A DNA stretch of 64,000 bases from Myxococcota bacterium (GTDB lineage Bacteria > Myxococcota_A > UBA9160 > PR03): the NCBI GenBank assembly GCA_041611735.1, contig JBFIML010000004.1, forward strand, positions 32,001 through 96,000. The letters run 5' to 3'. The translations under genes and the position numbers were made by a program. Below the pieces are notes generated by a model that made no database searches, was not told where the DNA came from, and saw nothing but the letters and a program-made list of their open reading frames with translations. Below, piece after piece: positions 48,933 to 58,846 of this stretch (position 1 is its first letter; every line of letters starts with the position of its first letter).

Positions 48933-50908
48933 GGGCGGCTCCCGCGCAGGTCTTCGTAGGCCCGGCGCAGCTCGGCGGAGGCCGGTGTCCGGTCCAGGGC
49001 CCGGGAGAGCAGCAGCTCGGCGCGGCTGCGGCGCCCGGCCCGGATCTCCGCCGCCGCCAGGCGCAGGGCCGCCTCCGGACGCAGCACCATCTCCTCAGCA
49101 AGCTGGCCGAGGAGCGGGCCGGCTGGCTCGCCGGCCTCGATGCGCAGGGCCGCCAGACGCCACAGGGCCTCCGGGCTCGCGCCGCGGCGCTCCGTGGCAC
49201 GCGCATAGAGCGCAGCGGCCTCGTCGAGCCGACCGCGCGCCTCGGCCACCCGACCGAGGCCCACGAGCGAATCCGCGGCGGCCTCGTCCAGCTCCTGGGC
49301 GGTCTGGAAGGCCCGGGCCGCCTCGTCGAGACGTCCCGCATCGAGGAGCGCCTCACCGAGGGCCACGTGCGCACCGGTCGACTGGGGCACCAGCGCCAGG
49401 GCCGCCCGGGCAGAGCGCTCCGCCAGGGCGGGCTTGCCCGCCCGCAGGGCCACCTCCGCGCGATGCAGCTCCAGGAGGAAGCCGCCACCCTCCAGGGGTT
49501 CGAGCAGCGCCAGTGCGTCGTGGGGGCGGTCCTCGGCGACGAGGCCGATGGCGTCCAGGAGTGCCTGCGCCAGGCCGAGGCCGTCCTTGGGATCGAAACC
49601 GCCGACCCGTCCGAGCTCGCCCTGCACCGCCGCGGCCCCGCCCACCACGTAGCCGAGCGCCTCCAGGCGTCCGCGCATCTCGGAGTCCGGCGCCAGGGTG
49701 GACACCACGGGGCGGGCCCCGCGCAGGAACGCGTCGAGGGCCGCGTCGAGCTCGGCCACCACTTCGGGTCGCTGGGCGGCCAGGTCGTGGGCCTCCTGGG
49801 CGTCCGCCACCAGGTCGTAGAGCTCCGGACGCGGAGCCCGGATGTACTTGAAGCTCCCGGAGCGTACGCCCAGCAGCGGGCTCCAGCCGAAGTCGAGCTG
49901 GGGGGAGAGGGTCTCCAGATAGGCCAGGCGCTCCGGCGCCCGGGCACCGTTCAGCGTCTCGCGCAGGTCCCTTCCGTCGATCCCCGGCAACGGGTCCAGG
50001 CGCGCCAGGGCCAGGATGGTGGGCGCCACGTCCAGCAGCCGCACGAGGGACTCGACCACCCGGCCCCGGGGCAGGCCGGCTCCCGCCAGCAGCAGCGGGA
50101 TGCGCTGGGTGGCGTCGTAGAGCGTGAGCGAATGGCTGAGCTCGCCATGCTCGCCCAGGCTCTCGCCGTGGTCGCTGGTCACCACCACCAGCGTCCGCTC
50201 CGGGTCCCCGCGCGAGCGCACGGCCCGGAGCAGGCGGCCGAGCTCCGCGTCCGCGAAGGCGATCTCCCCGGCGTAGGGATGGGTGGGGAAGCGCGCCTGG
50301 TACTCGCGCGGCGGGCGATAGCTCCCGTGCGGATCGTATAGGTGCAGCCACAGGAAGAAGCGCTCCGGCGCCACCCGCAGCCAGGCCAGGGCGGCGTCCA
50401 CCACCTGATTGGCGGTGCGCTCGGAGAACCCGAAGCGGCCCGCGCTGCGACGCGGCGCCATGTGGTCGTCGTAGATGTCGAAGCCCCGCGCCAGCCCGTA
50501 CTGGCGATCGAGCACCACGGCGCCCACGAACGCGGCCGTGGCCCAGCCTGCCGCGTGCAGGCGCTCGGCCAGCACGGGCACGTCCTCGTCGAGCCGGAAG
50601 GTCGAGTTGTTGCGCGCGCCGTGATGGGGCGGCGCCAGACCGGTCATGAGCGAGCTGTGGGAGGGAAGCGTGAGCGGCGTCGGGGCGATGGCCGTCTCGA
50701 AGCGGACCCCCTCGGCGGCGATCCCGTCCAGGGTCGGCGTCGCCACCCAGCTCGAGCCGTAGCAGCCCACGTGATCGGCTCGCAGCGTATCGATGGTGAC
50801 CAGGACGATGCGCTCCGGCACGGGCGCGCCGCCGCAGGCCAGGCCGAGGAGTCCGGCCAGCAGCACGCCGACGCGCCGCAGACGCTGGGGGGAGCTGCAT
50901 CCGGGCAT
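48929..50908 (-). CDS. Sulfatase-like hydrolase/transferase lipoprotein with TPR tail
   Basis: Lipobox GLA|C; VTIDTLRADH, LTLPSHSSLMTG, HLYDPH, TSDHGE, LEALGY; TPRs. Confidence 0.9.
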   Translation of the reverse strand: MPGCSSPQRLRRVGVLLAGLLGLACGGAPVPERIVLVTIDTLRADHVGCYGSSWVATPTLDGIAAEGVRFETAIAPTPLTLPSHSSLMTGLAPPHHGARNNSTFRLDEDVPVLAERLHAAGWATAAFVGAVVLDRQYGLARGFDIYDDHMAPRRSAGRFGFSERTANQVVDAALAWLRVAPERFFLWLHLYDPHGSYRPPREYQARFPTHPYAGEIAFADAELGRLLRAVRSRGDPERTLVVVTSDHGESLGEHGELSHSLTLYDATQRIPLLLAGAGLPRGRVVESLVRLLDVAPTILALARLDPLPGIDGRDLRETLNGARAPERLAYLETLSPQLDFGWSPLLGVRSGSFKYIRAPRPELYDLVADAQEAHDLAAQRPEVVAELDAALDAFLRGARPVVSTLAPDSEMRGRLEALGYVVGGAAAVQGELGRVGGFDPKDGLGLAQALLDAIGLVAEDRPHDALALLEPLEGGGFLLELHRAEVALRAGKPALAERSARAALALVPQSTGAHVALGEALLDAGRLDEAARAFQTAQELDEAAADSLVGLGRVAEARGRLDEAAALYARATERRGASPEALWRLAALRIEAGEPAGPLLGQLAEEMVLRPEAALRLAAAEIRAGRRSRAELLLSRALDRTPASAELRRAYEDLRGSRP

Positions 50909-51039
50909 GGCGCCCAACCGTAGCGCGCAGCCCGGGCTTTCTCCGTTGCAGGCCGCCCCGCGGACCGCGAGAGGATCGAAAGGGAAAGAGTTTTCCGTTC
51001 CGAGGGCACGCGGACATCCACCCGTCCCCCAGACCGAGA

Positions 51040-51107
51040 AATAAAATGAATAGAATCAAACACTTATATTTTCCGGCTGCCGCGGGCCGCTTGGCATCCC
51101 GGTTGCA
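51040..51107 (+). promoter_or_regulatory. sigma-54 promoter with upstream IHF site
   Basis: TGGCATCCCGGTTGCA (51092-51107) fits -24GG/-12GC. AATCAAACACTTA (51054-51066) is an exact WATCAANNNNTTR match, with an A-tract upstream. Confidence 0.85.
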
Positions 51108-51177
51108 GTTGGAACTGGAGGCCCGCAGGAGCGGACTGCCCGGGGTCCGGCCCGGCGCCCGAGGAGGCACGAGGACG

Positions 51178-51978
51178 ATGCGGAAGTGGCTCGGCATCGC
51201 GTTGGCGAGCGTGTTGGTGCTCGGCGCGGCGGAGGCCCGGGCCGCAGCCCTCGGCTTCACCGGCCAGCTCGTGCTCGGGATCGGGAACTTCCCGGCCGTG
51301 ACCGCGGTCGGAAGCGGAACCGCCAGCGTCACCGCCGACGGCGGCTTCCACCTGCTCTCCCTGGGCGTACCCGGCGGCACCTTCGGGCCCATCACCGCCT
51401 CGCTCCCCGCGACGGCCGACGCCACCGTGCAGTCGGTGCGCTTCACCGCGGCCCAGAACCTGGCGGGCAACTTCACGAACCTCTCCGGCGGGCCGCCGGG
51501 TGGCGGACCCATGGGTCTCGCGGGGCTGGCCCGGCTGTGCCTCGTGTTCGACCCGACCTGCAGCGGCATCTTCGTACCCCCGCTGCCCCTCACCCCCATG
51601 GCGGGCGTCGGCTTCGGCGTGGGGGGAACCCAGCTCGTGAGCGGGGCCGTGGAGCTCACCCTCCAGCACGCGCCCTGGAGCGTGGGCTCGCCCTTCGTGA
51701 CCATCCACAATCCCGGCAGCACGGTGAGCACGCCCACCGTGCCCATCGGCTTCGCCCACGGGCCGGCCTCCGGCACCTCCAGCACGGCGCAGCTCTCGGG
51801 CACCTTGCGCCTGGTGACCGTCACCCGGGTGCTGACCAGCCTGACCGGCACGCTCCCGGAGCTGCCGGTCTTCGGCCGGCTGACCCTGCACTTCGTGCCG
51901 GAGCCCGGGACGTTGCTGCTGCTCGGGTCGGCCGCACTCGGCGCCGCGTTGCTCGGGCGAGGCCGGCACCCCCGCTAG
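51178..51978 (+). CDS. PEP-CTERM sorting domain protein (Thr/Ser/Gly-rich)
   Basis: Sec signal MRKWLGIALASVLVLGAAEARA; C-terminal VPEPGTLLLLGSAALGAALLGRGRHPR; GAGG RBS. Confidence 0.93.
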   Translation: MRKWLGIALASVLVLGAAEARAAALGFTGQLVLGIGNFPAVTAVGSGTASVTADGGFHLLSLGVPGGTFGPITASLPATADATVQSVRFTAAQNLAGNFTNLSGGPPGGGPMGLAGLARLCLVFDPTCSGIFVPPLPLTPMAGVGFGVGGTQLVSGAVELTLQHAPWSVGSPFVTIHNPGSTVSTPTVPIGFAHGPASGTSSTAQLSGTLRLVTVTRVLTSLTGTLPELPVFGRLTLHFVPEPGTLLLLGSAALGAALLGRGRHPR

Positions 51979-52181
51979 CTCGAGCGCAGCCGGCACCCCC
52001 GCGCGGACCGGGCCGGCTCCGGACGCTGGCTGCCCGCCGCCGGGGGTCGCTTCCCCCCCGACGGGGCTGCGCTAGGGTTCCGCGCTGGCCGGGATCCGGG
52101 ACGGGCCCGGGGTCGGCCGGCGCGCGCCACCTCGCCCCGCCCCGGTCCTCGCGCCGGCGGGGTTCGCCTGTCGGGAGCCCG

Positions 52182-53585
52182 ATGCTTCGCCGTCTGCTCG
52201 ATTCCCCCTGGACCTACTACGTGCTCGCGGGCGTGCTGCTCGTCGTGGCGGTCCTCTCCCAGTTCGAGTTCCGCCCGCCGGCGCGCCCCCCGGGCAGCGT
52301 GGACCAGCTGGCCACGCTCCGGGAGCGCGACGACTTGAACGTGCTGTTCATCCTGATCGACACGCTTCGCGCCGACCGCCTGCACGCCTACGGCTACCCA
52401 CGCGAGACCAGCCCCTGGATGGACGAGCTGGCGCGCACCGGCATCCGCTTCGAACGCGTGGTGGGACAGTCCACCTGGACCAAGAGCTCCATGGCCTCGC
52501 TGTGGACGGGCACCCACCCGGCCCGCAACGGCATCCTGCGCTGGGGACACGCGCTGCCCGACACGGTGCGCATGCCCGCCGAGGTCCTGCGCGAGGCGGG
52601 CTTCCGCACCACCGGCATCTTCCGCAACGGCTGGGTGTCGGCGAACTTCGGCTTCTCCCAGGGCTTCGAGACCTACGTGAAGCCCGTGCCCAACGTGGCC
52701 CCAGCCCCGACGCGCAGCCCCCGCGCCTACGAGAAGCTGCAGGGCAGTGACGAGGACATCACCTTCCCGGCCCTGGAGTTCCTGCGCACCTACGGGCGGG
52801 AGCGCTTCCTGCTCTACGTCCACTACATGGACGTGCACCAGTACACCTACGGCGACCACTCGGCCCTGTTCGGCACCAGCTACTCGGACGCCTACGACAA
52901 CGCCATCCACTGGACCGATCAGAACGTGGGGGTGCTGGTGCGGAAGCTCGACGAGCTGGGGGTACGGGACCGCACGCTGCTCGTGATCGTCTCGGACCAC
53001 GGCGAGGAGTTCCAGGAGCACGGCCGTGAGGGGCACGCCAAGAGCCTCTACCGGGAGGTGACGGAGGTGCCCTGGATCCTGAGCCTGCCCTTCCGGCTGG
53101 AGCCGGGCATCGTGGTGCCCGGGACGGTCCAGAACGTGGACGTCTGGCCGACGCTCCTCGACCTGCTGGGGCTGCCGGCCCTGGAGGAGACGGACGGGCG
53201 CTCGCTCCTGCCGGAGATCCAGGCGGCGGCGCGCGGCACCCCTCCCGAGGGCAACGGCCTGCCACCCGCCTTCGCCCAGCTGGACCGGCGCTGGGGCAGG
53301 CCGGAGCTCGACCCGGACCCGCTGGTGGCCGTCACCGAGGGCTCCTACCGGCTGATCCTGGCTACGGCGGGCGAGGAGCCGACCCTCGAGCTGTACGACC
53401 ACGCCTCCGATCCCCTGGAAGCCGAGAACCTGGCCACGGAGCAGCCGGAGGTGACGGAGCGCCTGCGCGCCCGGGTGGACACGTACCTGGCCCAACCCGC
53501 CACGGCCTGGGGCCAGCCCCTGGAGGTCGAGATCAGCGACCTGGAACGCGGCCAGCTCCGGGCCCTCGGCTACGTCTTCCGCTAG
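52182..53585 (+). CDS. Membrane-anchored sulfatase-like hydrolase/transferase
   Basis: N-terminal TM; ILIDTLRADRL, WTKSSMASLWTG, HYMDVH, VSDHGEEF.EHG, LRALGY. Confidence 0.9.
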   Translation: MLRRLLDSPWTYYVLAGVLLVVAVLSQFEFRPPARPPGSVDQLATLRERDDLNVLFILIDTLRADRLHAYGYPRETSPWMDELARTGIRFERVVGQSTWTKSSMASLWTGTHPARNGILRWGHALPDTVRMPAEVLREAGFRTTGIFRNGWVSANFGFSQGFETYVKPVPNVAPAPTRSPRAYEKLQGSDEDITFPALEFLRTYGRERFLLYVHYMDVHQYTYGDHSALFGTSYSDAYDNAIHWTDQNVGVLVRKLDELGVRDRTLLVIVSDHGEEFQEHGREGHAKSLYREVTEVPWILSLPFRLEPGIVVPGTVQNVDVWPTLLDLLGLPALEETDGRSLLPEIQAAARGTPPEGNGLPPAFAQLDRRWGRPELDPDPLVAVTEGSYRLILATAGEEPTLELYDHASDPLEAENLATEQPEVTERLRARVDTYLAQPATAWGQPLEVEISDLERGQLRALGYVFR

Positions 53586-53631
53586 GGGCGTCGCCTCCTC
53601 GCGGCGCGGCGCGGACCGGACGCCAAGAGCC

Positions 53632-55617
53632 GTGCGCAGCCCGGGCGACGTGGCGGCCTGGTGCGCGGTCGCGCTGGCGGTGGCGCTGGCCCTGGGGCTC
53701 ACCGCGCACCGCATCGCCTTCTCGCCCGCCGGGATCGTGATCCTCCCAGACCCGCAGGCGCCCTGGATCCAGGCGGACGCGCCGGTCACCGCCCTGCTGC
53801 AGCAGTGGGGACGGGAGGAGGCGCCGGTCACGCGCTTCTTCACCTCGTTCTCCCTGGAGCGGCCAGCGGCCCGGGCGGAGCTCTCGGTGCGCGCCTTTGG
53901 CCCGGCCCAGGTCACCCTGAACGGCGAGCCCGTCTCCTTCGCTGCGAGCCCGCCCGGGACGTCGGACTGGAAGCGCTTCCGCCGCACCGAGGTGGGCCTG
54001 CGGGCCGGCAGCAACACGCTGCACGTGGACGTGGCGAACCGCCGGGGACCGGCGCTCCTCGCCCTGCGCCTGGCGGGCGACGGTTTCGCGCGGACCACGG
54101 GCCCCGACTGGCTGGCCCTGGCCGACGACGGCACGACGCGGCGCACGCGCCCGGCCAGCGACCGGCGCCGGCACCCGGACTCCTACGCGAGCGAGCGCCC
54201 GCTCGCCGCCCTGGTCGAGATGGGCAGCGCGGTCGCGCTGCTGGGCGGACTGGCGGCGACGGCCTTCCTGGTGGCGCGGCGCCGGGCGGTCGGGGCTCCA
54301 TCCTGGCTCCCGGCCGCCGCTGGGGGCGGCGTCGTCCTGGCCTGGGTCGTCCTCCTGGCCGTGAAGCTGCGTCACCTGGGCCTCGACGTGGGCTTCGACG
54401 CCGGCAACCACCTGGACTACGTGGAGGGGCTGCGTCGGGACGGGCGCCTGCCCCGGGCCACGGAGCACTGGTCCGCCTACCACCCTCCCCTCTTCTACCT
54501 GGCGAGCGCCGGGCTGGATGCCCTGGCGGGAGCCCTGGGCGCAGTCCGCAGCCACTCGCTGGCCCTGAAGGGGGTTCCCTTCCTGGCGGGCCTCGGGAAC
54601 GTGGCCCTCGCCGGGGCGCTCGCCCGGCGCCTCGTGCCCGAGGACCGCGTCGCCCGCGCCCTGGCCATCGTCTTCGCCGGCTTCCTGCCCGTGAACCTCT
54701 ACGTGGCGGCCTACTTCTCCAACGAGGGCCTGCACGCCTTCCTGGCCGGCCTCGCCCTGGTGCTGGCGGTGGGGCTGCTGCGGGCCGACCGGGTGAGCCT
54801 GCGCGGCGCGGCGCTCGTCTCCCTGGCCCTCGGCGCGGCGCTGCTCACCAAGTTCACGGCCGTGCTGGTGGCGGGGCCGGTGCTCCTGGCCCTGGGCGCG
54901 AAGATCCTGGTGGTCGAGCGCGGGCGGCCCGGGGCGGCGGGCGGGCGCCTCGCCGCCCTGCTGCTCCCGCTGCTCGGGGTGGCCGGCTGGTTCTATGTGC
55001 GCAACGTCCTGGAGTACGGGCGCCCGCTGGTGGGCAACTGGGACCTGCCGGACCCGCGCCGCAGCTGGTGGTCGCCGCCGGGCTTCCACACGCCGGGCTA
55101 CTACCTGCACTTCGGCGAGGCGCTGCTGCGTCCCTACTTCGCGGGCTTCGTCTCGTTCTGGGACGCGCTCTACTCCACCTTCTGGGGCGACGGCTTCGTG
55201 GGCGGCCGCGCGGGCGTGCGCTGGCGTCACCCGCTCTGGAACTACACGTTCATGGCCGCGGGCTACCTGCTGGCCCTGCCCGCCACGCTGCTGCTCGGAG
55301 CCGGCTTCGTCGGGATCCTGGGCGCCGCGTGGCGCGACCGGGATGCGCGCCGCCGCGCCGCCTTCGGCCTGCTCGGGCTCGTGTGCGCCGCCATGGGCTT
55401 CGCCGTCTTCTGGGCCACCCTGGCGCTCCCCTACCACGGCCAGGCCCGGGCCTCGTACCTGCTCGCCCTGGTCCCCGTCTGGGCGCTCTGCTTCGCCCGG
55501 GCGACGAGCGGGCTCGAGCGTCGGCTCGCCGCCCGGGGCTGGACGGCGGCGCGCGCGCTCCTGGTCGCCTGGCTCGGCGCGCTCTTCGGCGTGCTCTACC
55601 TGGGCTTCGCGGGCTGA
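53632..55617 (+). CDS. ArnT/PMT (GT39/GT83-like) glycosyltransferase with N-terminal beta-sandwich domain
   Basis: GFDAGNHLDY, YHPPLFY, SNEG, LLTKFT, WFYVRN; many TM helices. Confidence 0.78.
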   Translation: MRSPGDVAAWCAVALAVALALGLTAHRIAFSPAGIVILPDPQAPWIQADAPVTALLQQWGREEAPVTRFFTSFSLERPAARAELSVRAFGPAQVTLNGEPVSFAASPPGTSDWKRFRRTEVGLRAGSNTLHVDVANRRGPALLALRLAGDGFARTTGPDWLALADDGTTRRTRPASDRRRHPDSYASERPLAALVEMGSAVALLGGLAATAFLVARRRAVGAPSWLPAAAGGGVVLAWVVLLAVKLRHLGLDVGFDAGNHLDYVEGLRRDGRLPRATEHWSAYHPPLFYLASAGLDALAGALGAVRSHSLALKGVPFLAGLGNVALAGALARRLVPEDRVARALAIVFAGFLPVNLYVAAYFSNEGLHAFLAGLALVLAVGLLRADRVSLRGAALVSLALGAALLTKFTAVLVAGPVLLALGAKILVVERGRPGAAGGRLAALLLPLLGVAGWFYVRNVLEYGRPLVGNWDLPDPRRSWWSPPGFHTPGYYLHFGEALLRPYFAGFVSFWDALYSTFWGDGFVGGRAGVRWRHPLWNYTFMAAGYLLALPATLLLGAGFVGILGAAWRDRDARRRAAFGLLGLVCAAMGFAVFWATLALPYHGQARASYLLALVPVWALCFARATSGLERRLAARGWTAARALLVAWLGALFGVLYLGFAG

Positions 55618-55619
55618 GC

Positions 55620-57245
55620 GTGCAGCGGACGACCCGGCGGCGGGCGGTGCTGTGCGTGGCGCTGGTCGCCGCCCTGGCGGCGCTCGCCGGGAGCCGACTG
55701 GAGCTCCCGGGTCCCTACTACGACGAGGTGGTGCAGGCCGTCCCGGCCGCCGAGTTCCTGGATGGGCGCATCCGCGGCGCACCGCTGCCGGGCTCCCAGG
55801 CCCTGCACCTGGCCGGACGTCCGTTTCCCTGGCTCACCCAGGCCTACATGGGGGCGCTCAAGAGCCAGCTCCTGATTGCCTCCTTCGCCCTGGCGGGAGA
55901 GCAGGTGGCGGTGCTGCGCGCCACGACGCTGGTCTGGAGCACCCTCGGCCTGCTGGCTGCCCTCGTCTTCGGCTGGCGCGCCCTCGGCGCCGGGGCGGCC
56001 GCGCTGGGCGGCCTGCTGCTGGTCACCGATCCGAGCTTCGTCTTCCTGAGCCGTCACGACTGGGGCTCCTTCGCCCTGGGCTTCGCCCTGCGCTGCGGCG
56101 CCCTGGCCGCGGCCGTGCTCTGGTGGGACAGCGGGAAGGCACGCTGGGCGCTGGCGGCCGGCGCCGCCCTCGGCCTGGGCGTCTACAACAAGATCGACTT
56201 CGCGGTGTTCCCCGCCGCGGCCCTCGGCGCGCTGCTCGTCGCCGGGCGGGGCACCGTCGCGGCGGCCCTGCGCCAGCGACGGGCGCAGGTGCTGGGCGCC
56301 GCGGCGCTGGCGGGGCTCCTGGCGCTGCCCATTGCCGTTTCCCTCTTCACCCTGGCGGGCGAGGCGGGCCGGCTGGCCGAGCAGGTGGCCTTCGCCGAGA
56401 AGTGGCGCGCGCACGGGGCCGTGCTGGACGGCTCCTACTTCCTGCGCCTGATGCGCGCCGGGGGGCGCTTCGACGTCCTGTTCGCGGAGCCGGCCCCGCG
56501 CGGCGGCCTGGGCCTGGCCGCCGCCGTGGCCGCCCTGGGTCTCGGGGCGGCTCTCCTGCGCCGCCGCGCCCCGCGCGGGAGCGCCTTCGTGCTGGTGTGC
56601 GGAGGCCTGACGCTCGCCCTCCTGCTGCTGGCCCCCGGTGCGGCGCGTGCCCACCACGTGATGAATGCCTGGCCCTTTCCGCACTGGATCCTGGCCCTCG
56701 GTCTCCTGGGCCTGTGGGGTCGGGGCGGGGGGCGTGCGTTCTGGCTGCGCCGGACGCTCGCCGTGGCGGTGCTGGCCGGCGTGGTGGGCGCGAACCTGCG
56801 CGTGGTCGAGCGCACCCACGCGGAGATCCGGGCCAGCGGCGGACGCGGCTTCTGGAGCGATGCCATCTCGACCTTCGCCGCGCAGGCGCGGGAGAGCCCG
56901 GGGCTGCGCGTCGTCTGCCTGGACTGGGGCTTCCACACCCAGATCGCCCTGCTGGCGCCCGGGGTCCGCTCCCTGGACGCCATCTGGGCGGCGCGGCGCG
57001 AGCTGGCGCGGGGGCGCGCCTGGGTCCTGGAGGGCGACGCCCGCACCATCTACCTGGTGCACGCGCCGCCCTACGACCTGTTTCCGCTGGGCAGCGCCTT
57101 CCGGGACGCCCTGGACGAGCGCCCCGCGGCGGACGTGACGGTTCGCCGCTACCGCGACCGGCTGGGCCACGAGGCGTTCCGGGCCGTGCGCCTGGCCGCA
57201 CCCCACCGGCTCGGCTACGACGGCGCGTCGCTGCGGCTGGACTGA
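55620..57245 (+). CDS. ArnT/PMT-like GT-C glycosyltransferase
   Basis: PGPYYDE after TM1, YMGALKS, DPSF, GVYNKIDF; C-terminal soluble domain. Confidence 0.78.
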   Translation: MQRTTRRRAVLCVALVAALAALAGSRLELPGPYYDEVVQAVPAAEFLDGRIRGAPLPGSQALHLAGRPFPWLTQAYMGALKSQLLIASFALAGEQVAVLRATTLVWSTLGLLAALVFGWRALGAGAAALGGLLLVTDPSFVFLSRHDWGSFALGFALRCGALAAAVLWWDSGKARWALAAGAALGLGVYNKIDFAVFPAAALGALLVAGRGTVAAALRQRRAQVLGAAALAGLLALPIAVSLFTLAGEAGRLAEQVAFAEKWRAHGAVLDGSYFLRLMRAGGRFDVLFAEPAPRGGLGLAAAVAALGLGAALLRRRAPRGSAFVLVCGGLTLALLLLAPGAARAHHVMNAWPFPHWILALGLLGLWGRGGGRAFWLRRTLAVAVLAGVVGANLRVVERTHAEIRASGGRGFWSDAISTFAAQARESPGLRVVCLDWGFHTQIALLAPGVRSLDAIWAARRELARGRAWVLEGDARTIYLVHAPPYDLFPLGSAFRDALDERPAADVTVRRYRDRLGHEAFRAVRLAAPHRLGYDGASLRLD

Positions 57246-58846
57246 GCCGGGCCGACGCGCTGCCACACCACGAAGGAGGCCCAGGGGCGCGTCTCCTCCC
57301 AGAGCGGCCGGCGCGCCCACAGGCCGCGGGCCGCGTCCCCGGTCACGAAGCTCACGCTGCCGTCCGGCCGGAACGGGGTGGCCGCCACCAGCCGGTAGTC
57401 CGCCTCCACCAGCTCCCGGAGCCCGCGGCGCAGATCGGGCGCCGTGTCGGGATGCTCGAGCAGGGACGTCTCCAGGAACGTGGCGACGATGAAGGCGGGC
57501 CGGGCCGCGCGGACCTGGCGCAGCGCCTCCTGCTGACGCTCCCGCACGCCGGGAAAGGGAGCCAGCAGGGGATACACGAAGATGTAGCGGGTCGCGCTGC
57601 GGCGCCGGGCGTAGAAGAGCACCTGCGGCTCCGAGCCGAACACGAACAGGCGATCCGTGGCGGTCGAGTGCCGGGCCACCCAGTCCGCCACCGCCAGGGA
57701 CTCCACGAAGGGGTTGTTGGCGTAGAGGCGGCGGCACTTCGCCGCGGGATCGCCCGGCAGGTAGTACCAGGGCGCGCTCCATACCGCGTGCAGCACCAGG
57801 ACCGCCGCGCCGGCTACGGCCAGCAGGCGGGTACGCGGGTCCCGACCCAGTCGCCGGGCGGCCTCGTCCAGGCCGGCGCCCGCCAGCAGCGCCAGGGGAG
57901 GCGCCACGAACATGAAGTAGTGGTTCCGGAAGTACCCGCCGGCGGAGGCCGCCAGGCACGCCGCCCCGAGCCAGGCCAGGCTCCAGGCGAAGCCCCGCCC
58001 CGGGGCGGCACCCGGCGCGCTCCCGGGCCGGAGGCGGAGCGCCAGGCCGGCGGCGGCCACGAGAACGAGGGGCGCCAGGCTCGGCAGGAGCTCCCCCGCC
58101 TGGAGGCGCAGGGACGCCCAGTAGGCGGAGAACGGCAGCGAGGTCCCGTACGCCAGGTTGTACCGCACCGTGGCATCGAAGAAGGGCTGCCACGCGCCGG
58201 CGGCCACGAAGTAGGCGACCCCCGCTGCCCCCGCGCCGAGCCCGCCCGCGGCGTAGGCGGCCAGGGGCGCGAGCCGCCCGCGCGTGCCCCACGCGATGCG
58301 GGCCGCTGCGACGGCCACCACGGGAGCCGCCACGGGCTTGAAGCTGAGGGCCGCGGCACCGGCCAGGCCGGCGGCGAAGGCCCAGCGAGCGGCCGGCCCG
58401 GCCACGCTGCGCTCCGCCGCCAGCATGCCGGCCGCCAGGGGCAGGAGGGCCAGCAGCTCCGTGTTGGCGGCGTTGCCGAGGAAGACGGGATCCACGGTGA
58501 GGAGCACCAGCAGCAGACCGGCGGCGAGCGCGGCGGGAGCCGAGAACCAGCGCCACCCGAGAGCCAGGACGCAGGCCAGCGTACCCAGGGTCCAGAGCTG
58601 GGCGCCCCAGTGGATGGCCCCCGGCGTGGCGCCAAGGGTGCGCAGGATGCCGGCATAGACGGCCACTGCGCCGGGGGGCTTCTGGAGGAAGCTGTCGCGG
58701 TAGGGCACGTCGCCCGCGAGCCAGGCCCAGGCGGTGTAGGCGTACTCCCCTTCGTCCCGCTCCAGGGGCACGTCGGCCACCGTGGCGCGAAGTCCGAGCG
58801 CCAGCGCGCCCACCAGGCCGGCGGCCAGCAGGGGCGTGGCCCTCAA
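57215..58846 (-). CDS. ArnT/PMT-like GT-C glycosyltransferase
   Basis: PLERDEGEYAY, PYRD..QKPPG, ANTE, FKP, HYF, RLFVFGSEPQVLFYARRRSATRY; TTGA coupling. Confidence 0.82.
   Translation of the reverse strand: MRATPLLAAGLVGALALGLRATVADVPLERDEGEYAYTAWAWLAGDVPYRDSFLQKPPGAVAVYAGILRTLGATPGAIHWGAQLWTLGTLACVLALGWRWFSAPAALAAGLLLVLLTVDPVFLGNAANTELLALLPLAAGMLAAERSVAGPAARWAFAAGLAGAAALSFKPVAAPVVAVAAARIAWGTRGRLAPLAAYAAGGLGAGAAGVAYFVAAGAWQPFFDATVRYNLAYGTSLPFSAYWASLRLQAGELLPSLAPLVLVAAAGLALRLRPGSAPGAAPGRGFAWSLAWLGAACLAASAGGYFRNHYFMFVAPPLALLAGAGLDEAARRLGRDPRTRLLAVAGAAVLVLHAVWSAPWYYLPGDPAAKCRRLYANNPFVESLAVADWVARHSTATDRLFVFGSEPQVLFYARRRSATRYIFVYPLLAPFPGVRERQQEALRQVRAARPAFIVATFLETSLLEHPDTAPDLRRGLRELVEADYRLVAATPFRPDGSVSFVTGDAARGLWARRPLWEETRPWASFVVWQRVGPAQSSRSDAPS

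Noticed and set aside
51979-52181. Intrinsic terminator after the PEP-CTERM gene (G-rich/C-rich hairpin near 52040-52062)
   Set aside because: No U-tract follows, and GC hairpins arise by chance at this composition.
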